Source of the DNA: Euprymna scolopes
Lineage: Eukaryota
Strand: one strand, 5' to 3'
DNA: 64,000 nt
NCBI GenBank assembly: GCA_053919585.1
Contig: CM132796.1
The translations under genes and the position numbers were made by a program. The notes under the pieces were generated by a model. That model worked only from the letters and a program-made list of their open reading frames with translations, made no database searches and was not told where the DNA came from. Below, in pieces: positions 1 to 11,700 of the stretch; positions within the stretch are counted from its first letter, which is position 1; every line of letters starts with the position of its first letter.

Positions 1-703
1 AATATTTATAAAACCTGTCAAAATATGAAAAGCCAGATCATAGACAAAGTTTACCGGAAGGTCTGGTCAGCTGATCGGATCTATATGTATGTTACGTGTA
101 AGTCACGTGATCAGGTTAGCTGGAAATGATCGAAGAGTTGGAACTTGGAATTTAAGCAAAGCGATTGGGCTTTAGGGTTGTCTTTCCTCCGCTCTTGGGA
201 GAGAAACCTGCCACTAAATGTTGACTGTTAAGACCACAAGCAAAGACACTCACTTGCCATTTTCATCTGCGCGACATCCTGGAAAGTGAAATAAAAACTA
301 ATATGGAAACCAATCACCGTCTTGGAGTCAATGTGTCTCATCCAAAAGGTTCCAGCCGTCTCCAAGAACAAAATGAAGTCAGAATGGACCAGGTTCAGGG
401 AGCAGAGAAGATAAAGGTATGTCGAAGACACATATATGACACCCACACGCACGCATATGAACATTAGGCGATCACGAAACATAGAATGGGTTCAGAAAGT
501 GAAGAACCACTAATAGACATTTAGTAACACATTTAGAACACGTCACAAACAAACATGAAACGTATACAGCCGTTTACCTGGGTACTGCCATGTTAGATAA
601 CGTAATATGACTCATTTTGGTGCCGTTTCCGGTACACCATTATATAACACCAACAGATATTTTAACTGAAGAAATTTATCACGTATTTGACGAATTATGA
701 CTG

Positions 704-706
704 TTA

Positions 707-762
<56 letters not shown>

Positions 763-785
763 GTAGTAGTAGTAGTAGTAGTAGT
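704..785. repeat. Compound microsatellite (ATT)n(AGT)n
   Basis: Direct reading. Confidence 0.95.
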
Positions 786-1707
786 TTGGCGTAAGACATT
801 TTTCTGTAAAAAAGTTTTTTTTTACTTTTAAGAAAGTTATAGGTTCACATAAAAATGTTAACGGTTACAAGAAATAAATATTACACATTTATTACATAAA
901 AGTAAGAATTGTTCACATTGTTCCATTTTTTTTCATATAAAATGTTAATAATAAATAATAAAAATAATATAATAATATAGCTTATTATATATTATAATAC
1001 ATTATGTGTTGGGAGATGTTTCGTCGGGGACGCCAGCTCATCTACCACCGTCTAGAACACAGGAAAGTAATGCAATAATGAAATGTCTCGAGAAATATGC
1101 CGGAATGCACAAGCAACTATTACCAATTGCGTCCCGCCGAGAATGACCGTTTTTTTTGTTTTTGTTTTTGTTTTTGTTTTTATTTTTTCAGGAATCTGAG
1201 TGAAAATATCGCTACTTACATAACTAAATTTTTATAGCCTCGTCAGTTGATGTGAAGACTGAATATCTCAAAGTTTCGATTTCAATTTCCTGTAATAACA
1301 ATGGCTTTATATGTTTATAATTTATTATTTACTATTTTCTAAAAGTTGGTAAGATTTATAATATTTCGAAATGAGACACATTCGTGTATTTATTATATTA
1401 TTATTTTAAAAAATAGTGTGACCGACAAACGAAAATAAACTCGCTATTTATCCTAGGATGGTACTTTACCAACATGCTTTTTTACTTTTGAAATCACGAC
1501 TATATAATAATATATATGAAATCTGGACAAATGAAAATATCATATTTAAGCGTACTTTATGCCTGGGAAAACCGGGCGCTCCATCACATCCCGTTAATGA
1601 TAGCTAAACAGTTGTATGTTTACCACGTATTTTTTTAAAGAACTGACCTGAATTTCAATAAGTTGCGATACAGCCCACCCATCACACACACGGATCTATT
1701 GGCCTTG

Positions 1708-1767
<60 letters not shown>

Positions 1768-1944
1768 AAACCGACATTTAAAATCAGGAATTCTACGCAA
1801 AAAAAAACCCTTCGTTTTAAGTTGAAAGCCATATACTAGATTCTGTGACGTATGAGGCATCTTTTTTTAAGTAGAGGAAACTTAACAATTTGGAAAATGT
1901 CGTTTATGTGTTTTGTATCATAACACTTAAATTTCAAATGTTAG

Positions 1945-2660
1945 TATATTTATTTATTTATTTGCGGATTATTATCCTCAGCGTCCAGTTGTTGTTTCGC
2001 ACCGTTTCGACCAACTATCCCTCTGGCCTTCGTCAGAGATGCTGAGTAGTTATTTATTTGCTTCCCCACTGAGCAAATTAGGCACAAGGCCGTTTTTTAA
2101 TGTGGAGAGTGAGGGGAGGGGGACCAGCTTCCCCGAGGGAAAACTGGATAGTGACAATTGATATGCAGGGTTTCCCCTACATTGACCAAAACTGGGCTTT
2201 AGGGTTGTCTCTCCTCCGCTCAGTTCAATGGTGTGATATGTGGGGTTGCCTCCACATATGGCCTTTAATGCAGCATCTGCCAGAACTGATAATACACCTT
2301 TGATCTTATCTTTGATCCCGGGCCAAGAAGGCCTGGGCGTTACCTGTGCCAGGAAAGTATGGATAGGGATGCTGAGTATCGTAACTGTATCTTCAGTAGT
2401 TACTGCCTTCCATAGTTGGTTGTCGTCTCACCACGTTTTGGCCAACTAAGCATGGTGAGGCGACAACCACTATGGAAGGCAATAATTACTTAAGATACAG
2501 TTAACAGACTCAGCATCCCTATCTTGTCACATTTTACCGCCTGACGAAGGGTAGAAGGATAGTTTGCCGAAACGTTGTAAAACACCAACTACAAGATGAG
2601 GTTAATAATCCGCAAATAAATAAAATACTCATCTCAAAAGTATTCCAATAAAACAATCAA
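1945..2660. mobile_element. Fold-back Penelope-like pseudo-LTR remnant with hammerhead-like cores, interrupted by a SINE-like repeat (~2050-2350)
   Basis: Inverted arms ~1945-2040 / ~2540-2650 and an inner palindrome 2362-2523; CTGACGA...GAAAC cores at 2036-2004 (-) and 2541-2573 (+). Confidence 0.6.
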
Positions 2661-3427
2661 ATATAAGTGTTTGACATTCATCATACCATAAGGAACAATG
2701 AGTATTTAAGTCTATATTAATGATAATTAGTAATAATAATAATTAATAACAATTAATTAATTAATTAATAATAAAACAGTAGATGTATGCGTGTGTGTGT
2801 GTGTTTGCTTTTGTGTCTATATGTAAATATTTAACCGATAATCTCTAAAACTACTGGTCACATAATAATGAGTAAAATCTTTGTTTGGATGGATGAATAA
2901 TGCGTACAGAAATGTGTTAGCAAATTGAATGAAAAATGTTCATTTCAACTTGCTGAAATATTTCTATTCCTTCATACGCATACCCAAATTCAATTCACTT
3001 CTACAGTTCTTTAAATATTAAATCATTCTTATCTATCCCTTGATAAATAAATCGATAGGGAATATGGCTGGAGCACTAAATGTTTTGGTTTCGATTCTAG
3101 CTGATGGCATCCGAGTTATTTTTTTTGTTAACTTTTGAAATCACTACTACATATTTGATACAATGTAACAGTTAATTTAAAATTTGCTCTGTAATAATAA
3201 ATACGAAATTTGCATGAATTAAAATATATTTAAGCGTATTTTACGATTACCACAGTTAAGCGGCCTTCTTCAAGTCAATAAGAAAACATATAATCAAATA
3301 CTGTACAAAAAATTTACAGCAAAGCCCCAAACACAGCCATTTGTTTGCCGAATTTTCATGACTATTTTTTTATTTGTATTACATGAATTTATATTAACAA
3401 ATAGTTAAGAGTTTCTTTTTCTTACAG

Positions 3428-3559
3428 GCAAATACATGATGGTTCTAGGGGCTTACGGCGTGTTTAATACGCATGCTCTTTTGGAAACGCAACCAATTGG
3501 TGCTACCGGACCTAACTGTCAAGTGGAATTTTATGTCTTCATGATGGGACCTGGAGTTG
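3428..3559 (+). CDS. Receptor exon, MAM domain: (G)[43 protein letters not shown](G)
   Basis: tttcttacag acceptor, gtacgt donor; typical MAM motifs G-x-Y-M and C-x-V-x-F-Y...M-x-G-x-x-V-G. Confidence 0.9.
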
Positions 3560-5028
3560 GTACGTACTTTCACATTTTGTTTTATTTTGATGCATATTCG
3601 CCCCAAATAACTCAAATTGCCACTGAAAACGAAAGTGACCGCTGTGAACTAGAGTCCATGTCTACAGGAACAATATTATGTAGTTATGCACGGAGATGTT
3701 TGTTTATATAACATTTAAATTTCTACATGCTAGTACAGTCAGGGAAACAAGTTACAGGAAAACAATCCGAAGTTTAACAGTTCGAGGGAAGAAACTTTCA
3801 GGTCAGAACACTCTCCAGCATCGAGGGGTCTAAACAATGAAGACGTGTGTTTTCGTGCGTGTTTTCTTTGTCGATGGTATTTATGTTCACAGGGTATCAG
3901 TACTTCGCGTTCGTATGAGCATATTCCATAAATAAAGTACTTGTAAAAAACATAAATACAACTTTAGCATCGATGAGACAGGGGTTGGTTCTTGGTTGAC
4001 AGTGCAGGATCTATTAGATCCAGAGATTCTTTGTGGAACCCTTTAAGTAGGAAGTTGAGTAGCGAGATGTCCGTTTACATTACATAAAATTTCTACATGT
4101 AAGTACAGTCATGGAAGCAGGAAACAGGGAGGGGATTCCAAAGTTATACAGTTCAAAAAAGTATCTGTCTGTAAAGAAATCTCTCTAGCATCAAATAATC
4201 TCTAAAATAAAAGCGTGGGATTTTACAATATCGCGACGATAGGAGAGAAGTTGGACCTTGTTTGACAGTGCGGGATCTGTTATAGTGGAGAATCTTTTTA
4301 TGAACCCTGTCCAATAGAGAGAGATCAGCGATTAATGTAGCGATCAATGCGTGGCAACAATATTCTATGCATGAGTGAAAGGTGGTTTTATATAGATATA
4401 AGATACAGTTAGGTGTGAATATTTTTTCTACAGTTGCAGATGGGGCTCACCTTTAAACAGCAGGGTTTTTTTTTTCAATTCATATTTATATATCCATAAA
4501 AGTGAAATTGTCTGTCTGTGTGCGTGTGTTTGTGCGTGTACATTTCCCTACCAAACTACTCTGCCAATTTTCAGTCTACAGACACGAGATTTGAGGTAAG
4601 GGGTATTGAGATTTGGGAAAATCTTTTTAATCAGTTTTTGGCTGTCAAGGCGTCCAAGTTCAACGATTTGACCTTTGAGAACTCTACCAAACTCCTCCAC
4701 CAATGTTGGGTCTAACCACTTGAAATTTTAGATGTAGGTTACTTGGACAGAGATCAAACTTTTTAATTTGATTTGAACCCAAAACAATAAATGTTAAGTG
4801 ATCAGAATTCGGATCAAAGTTTAAGAAAATGACTTATGCGGTCTCTACCAAATTACTCAGCTAATTTTTGGTCTAAGAATTTTAACTTTTACAAAAAGTG
4901 TATTCAGACATAGGGCAAGCTTTTAAATTTTGGCCGAGAATTTGGCTACCAAGGGGCCAAAATTGAAAGAGTTGACCTTTGCAGATTCTACTAAACTCCT
5001 CCGCCAATCTTGCGTCTAACTAACTTGC

Positions 5029-5091
<63 letters not shown>

Positions 5092-5825
5092 TGCGTATAA
5101 AGTTATTAACAGTACATAGGGCCCGGGCAAACTGTTAGTATAGATATGCATGTTAGGTCAAGGAGTTTGAATGATGTACTCTCATCTAGAGTGTTATTAT
5201 CTGAGAAAGTTTCTTTATAATTGTTGAAGAAGGAAGCTTAGTATTAGTAGCATTAAATTTTAACATCCATTTACGTCTCCATTCCACTACAAATTGAAAG
5301 TCATGCTCCAAAGTGTCAAGCATTCTATTGGATATTCAAAAGAATTTCCAACCTGATTATTTCCATTTTAATTACGGGAAACACATTTTATTAATGATAG
5401 AAACGTTAGAATATCCGATAATTTAATATGATATGCTCTAAATATATATTACATGATAATCATTTGTCTGTTTCTCTGTCGGTCTGTATGATTGTTTGTC
5501 TGTCTGCCTCTCTCTTTCTCTCTCTCTCTCTTTCTTTCTCTCTCTCTTTCTCTCTATTTCTCTCGCTCAAAGAGCTTGTGTGCCAGTTAAAAAAGTTTAG
5601 ACTGTGAGTTCAATAGTTGTGCGCCGAAGTATTTTGATAAGTCCCTGAGACGCTAACAAAGTTCACTGAGCTCTCAGGAAGCACGCACAGTTTTAATAAA
5701 CATCCTGTTTTATGTTGTAAATAATAGAATAGTACCTTTTTTAGTTTTTATATTTCAGTTGCATATTTTTACATGTAACATTTATTATGCTGAAATAAAG
5801 TTATATTGTTTCTTAAGCAAAGCCC

Positions 5826-5879
<54 letters not shown>

Positions 5880-7608
5880 CGGAAATATGGCTAAGATTGC
5901 ACAGAATGAACTATGGCGATAAATAAATTAAAGTCTCTTTGTGGGCTCTGAATTAAAATGTTTTTTTCTCCAGAAATCTACTAAAAAATTATATAAGAAA
6001 GATCTTTAACCTTAATGACTGTCATGTTTGCAAATAACGTATAAGACAATACAAATGAAGACTCAACAAACAAAGGTAAATCAATAAGAAGTGTATTATG
6101 AAAAGTATATTTACAGTATATTTACATAATGGTTGTCAGGTAAGAGCGTCTTGGCTGGAGAACATGTCTGCTCTCGGCTCGGCCTTCGGTGGCTTCTGGT
6201 TAACACACTCAGACTAACCGAGTCTTGCTATTTATGTGTAATATTATCCACATATGTAAATGAGAGGGTGCCACCACAACAATGACATTTAAGGATTTCT
6301 ATTTTCTTCGACTAATATTTATCAATTTTAATCTAAGAGAAAAATCTTCAAGTGTGTCCTTTTTCGAGAAACATAAATCTACCTTTAACGTGTTGTTTTG
6401 TGAATTTTCATCATTCAATGAAACATGTGTAAGGCGCACCGTACTAAAAATAAAATAATATAAGTGTGATATGAATAAATCTTTTACTTCGATTTTCACT
6501 TCGATTTGTTATGATCTGAAAGTGTAAATTCATTTTTGAGCTTAATCAATTTGAAAAAAATATTGAACATATACATTGAAAGTATATGTTTNNNNNNNNN
6601 NNNNNNNNNNNNNNNNNNNNNNNNNNNNNNNNNNNNNNNNNNNNNNNNNNNNNNNNNNNNNNNNNNNNNNNNNNNNNNNNNNNNNNNNNNNNNNNNNNNN
6701 NNNNNNNNNNNNNNNNNNNNNNNNNNNNNNNNNNNNNNNNNNNNNNNNNNNNNNNNNNNTCTAGAATTCAAGCCTATATTTTAAACTAAAACAGTTGACG
6801 CTACGAAGACGGGAGTGATATCATTAAAACTAACTACCTTTGTGCTTTTGTCAGCGATGAACGAGAACTATATATGGGGGTCCGGACCGATTATTTTATA
6901 TGAGGGCGTTCCACAAGTAGAGACTTCTATTTTTTAACTCAAAAAGTCTTGGGGCTACGAAGACGGAAGTTATATCATTAACACGATCGATATTTTGTGC
7001 GCCACACTTTATTTTTCTACGTAGTCAGAACCATTTCTAATGCACATTTGCAAAGAATCCAATGAGACATCTCTGCTTCTGACGCGCGTGTATGACAAAG
7101 ATCGGTCTCTTACAGTCTTGCACCAGCAATATCTGCAACAGAGAGATAAAACTATTATCATGATGACTGAACTCATGCATTCATGAGTTCAGTCATCATA
7201 GCAATGCAATTTGCAAGAGTTATTCTGATCCATTCAGGTGGAATGAAAATAGGAATAATTATATTTGCAACGCCAACTCGTGCATGATTAAAAGGGGACT
7301 TTATAACCATTTTGCTAGACTATAATCGGTTTTCAGCAACAAATTTGGTTGTTAAGGTATCAAAGTTCAAAGATTTGACCTTTGAGAACTCTACCAAACT
7401 CCTCCGCCAATTTGGGGCCTTAATACTTGAAATTTTAGATATAGGTTCCTGGGATATGGATCTAACAATAACTTGATTTGAGCCCAAAACAATAAATGAT
7501 ACGGGGTCATAATAGGGGTCAAATTTAAAAACATTGACCGTTTATTTTGTTTTTGTCTTGCTCAGCATACACCTCCAAAGATACAGGCAACGCCTGGCAC
7601 CCATGCTA

Positions 7609-7659
<51 letters not shown>

Positions 7660-8034
7660 AAAGTGAACGTGTCTGTGTGGCTGTCTGTGTGTCTGTGTGC
7701 ATTTCCCTACGAAATAACTCTGTCAATTTTTAGTCTACATACCCGAAATTTGATATACAGGGTACTGAGGTTTGGGAAAATCTACCTGGTCGGTTTTTAG
7801 GTGTCAAAGTTCAACGATTTGACCTTTGAGAACTCTACCAGACTCCTCCGACAATTTTGGACATAAACACTTGAAATTTTAGATATAGGTTCCTTGGACA
7901 TGGATGTAACAAAATAACTTGATTCAAGCCCCAAACAATAAATGTTAAGGGATCATAATAGAGGTCAAATTTAAATTTTGTTTTTTGCTCAACATGCACT
8001 CCAAACACACGGGCAACGCCGGGCTGAAACGTTA

Positions 8035-8092
<58 letters not shown>

Positions 8093-8695
8093 AGTTATAA
8101 AATATATATGGCGATTAAGCTACACTGAATATTCCAGCTTATGCGCGAATTTTGTGGTTGTCTGTTGTTTATATATACACACCTTCTATTGAGATTTTAG
8201 TTAGCCAATCAGCTAAAATCTCAATAGAAGGCGCATATATAAAAACGACAGAAAACTACAAAATTCGCGCATAAGCTGGAATATTCAGTGTAGCTTAATC
8301 GCCATATATATTTTATAACTTACTAACTAGCTCTACCTACGTATTGAGCACTTTTGAAATAAATACTTAAAAATTTCACATAAATTTATACTTTCGTATA
8401 TTAATTTTATGTGAGTAAATGAAGTAGTTATATATATAGAATGGTTGTATCGATTGGTTTCCTAGATGTAAATCCAATGGAACTCGCGTGATTATTAAAG
8501 AGTGTTCAATGAAGGACAGAACTTGTATATAGTTTGTTTATTATTCGCACCTTATTGGTTACATATGTGCAAACATATTTCAGTGGAATACGAATTCTAG
8601 GATAACACCTGGTTTGATGATATGTTATTCTTGAATTGGAATTCCACTGAAACGTGTATACATATATGTAACAATAATGTTTGTATAATGAAGGA

Positions 8696-8760
<65 letters not shown>

Positions 8761-11700
8761 TATTGTTTGTCATATTTTTAAGCAATAAAAGCTAAATTTT
8801 TCTGTTAATGTCGCAAATATGGCGCAATAATGATGTTATGTATTAGTATGTAATAAATAAATTTGCAAAAGAAGCCAACCATAATTGAACAGGATGCTAC
8901 CTTTTTAAAAGCATTTTTCATAGTTTACAAATGTTTCGCTTGTGTAGAGAAATGAAACACTTTAATTTACTTAAGTATGTATTATTAAAGTTATTTGAGG
9001 TAAAAAAAAATATATCAGTGAGATTTCAGATTAAACCTTTTCTATAAATTTCAATCTGCTCTAGTCTTCATTTTATGTCGGATGAATCGAAATCCGTTTG
9101 TGTATTTAAAGATTTTTTTTCTTTTCTGCAACCTCTTTCCCACAAAAGAGAAGTTTAAAGCCGGTGTCTTCCTTATCGTTATTTTCATGGCAAGTGCTCG
9201 TCTGAGCTCCAATCTATGCCCCCCATTCGCCAAACTCTCACGAAAAACACGCGTCTAGCTGAAACAACTATCAATAATTCCCCCCACTCTTTATCTGTGC
9301 ATAAACCTAAACGTAGATTCCATGAACAAAGCTTCTTTCTTAGAGCTGCATGCATGTGAAACTGCTTTTCAGCTGACTACAATTTGGTCGTCTTCAAGTT
9401 TTCCTGCTTTCCAACTGACTTCAATATGGTCGTCTTCAAGTCCAACGACAACAAATTCTTGATGAACCGTCCCCTTAAGTAATCCAATTTACCAAATTTC
9501 CATACTAACGATTACTATGATATTATCCCATTGACTACTGTCCACCCGTTAACCTTTATCCTCGAGTGGCCACCGGGCCTTGATAAGTGGTGACTCCTAT
9601 GTAAAAAGATAAAAACTCACTCGATTGTATGTACAATTGCAGTGTAGTCTACGCTACGTGCGTATATTGATAACTTTTAAAACAGTTACTTTAACAGATA
9701 TGGACACATTTTATTAAATGCACATCATATAGTGTAGGAATACATATTTACAAACTCATATATTTTTTCGTCTTTATTTCATTTTATTTGCTATTCAACT
9801 TCACTATAAATTCTTCTAACATTTCCAGGGGAGATCAGTTTGAATATCATTGATCCCATTACGAAGATAGTAAAGCAAACGTTGGCTAAGGTGACCGGGA
9901 ACCAAGGTGCAGAATGGAAGAGAATTGTGGGAACAATTGGTGCCAAGCCGGCAGGATTTGCTGTAAGTTGATTAAGATCTGTCTTTGTAATAATGACATT
10001 TTTATGCAAACAAATGGCTTCCATGTGTTTTGTATTTATTTGCTCAATGAGCGTGACATAAGGAAGAAGAATCAATTTATTAATTTTTATTCATTGCGCA
10101 CTATTATCCTCATCTTTTTCTTAGTTGGTTCACGACGTTTCGGCCAACTATTCCTTCTTTCCTTCGTCAGATGGTAACCGCAACGGATAGGAACTCTGAA
10201 TCTCCTGACTGCATTCACTGCAATTACTGTCTTCCATAGTTGTTGTCGTCTTACCACGTTTTCAGGAGATTTTCAGGAGTCAGGAGATTCAGAGTTCCTA
10301 TTCGTCGCGGTTACCACGTGACGAAGGCCAGAGGAATAGAAACGTCGTGAAACAACTAATAACATATGAGGATAATAGTCTGCAATAAATAAAATAAATA
10401 ATACTCATCTAAATGAATTTCAATTAAAAATAATATATACCATTCGGTATGGATCTGCCCATGGAAGAGCAAATAATAAACATGAATTTATGAGACCAAA
10501 AAAAAAAAAAATTCAACCTTGATCTTTCTTCCTGGTCGGTGGCGCAGTTGATAGAGATGTTGAATCTCTACGGTCCTAGGTGATAATTGTCTGAAGATAG
10601 CGGTTTCAATCCTATCCAAAGCCGGACAGAGGCTTACTTGGCCAAAACGCGATAAGACGACAACAACTATGGAACGCACTAATTGCAGTGATTGCAGTCA
10701 GAAGATTCAGAGTTCCTATCAGTCGCGGTTACCACCTGACGTAGACAAGAGGAATCGTTGGCCGAAACGTCGTGAAACAACTAATAAAAAGATGAGGATA
10801 ATGGTCCGCAATAAATAAAAATTAATGAATAATACTCATCTCAATGAATTCCAATTGAAAATGAAGATGAATAAGTTAAAATTCTATGGTATGAAAATTA
10901 TTATGAAGATGAATCTTATCATTGACAAGACGTTTTAATTATGTTGCTGTTACGCCAACCATGGAACGTGGCGTAGTTGATAGCAAGCACCATTGTATTT
11001 TTATCTAACGCAAAAGATTCACTAAGGTCGAATTTCAGTTTTGCTTTTCTGGGTGTTTTTTTGTGAAGTTTTTGTTTAAGGATCATGACAGGAATTCTTA
11101 ATGTTATTACATGCCGCATGTAAATAGTATGTTATGCCAATCTGTTGTCAATCGTTCCCATAATATTGTGTCAATCAATGCGCATAGATTTTCTGATTAG
11201 CACTTTAATTTTTAATTTTGTGACGAATATAACATATCCGGTATCGCAATGTATCAGTATCCGNNNNNNNNNNNNNNNNNNNNNNNNNNNNNNNNNNNNN
11301 NNNNNNNNNNNNNNNNNNNNNNNNNNNNNNNNNNNNNNNNNNNNNNNNNNNNNNNNNNNNNNNNNNNNNNNNNNNNNNNNNNNNNNNNNNNNNNNNNNNN
11401 NNNNNNNNNNNNNNNNNNNNNNNNNNNNNNNNNNNNNNNNNNNNNNNNNNNNNNNNNNNNNNNNNNNNNNNNNNNNNNNNNNNNNNNNNNNNNNNNNNNN
11501 NNNNNNNNNNNNNNNNNNNNNNNNNNNNNNNNNNNNNNNNNNNNNNNNNNNNNNNNNNNNNNNNNNNNNNNNNNNNNNNNNNNNNNNNNNNNNNNNNNNN
11601 NNNNNNNNNNNNNNNNNNNNNNNNNNNNNNNNNNNNNNNNNNNNNNNNNNNNNNNNNNNNNNNNNNNNNNNNNNNNNNNNNNNNNNNNNNNNNNNNNNNN

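Noticed and set aside
10533-10625. tRNA gene
   Set aside because: A and B boxes are present but no cloverleaf can be built.
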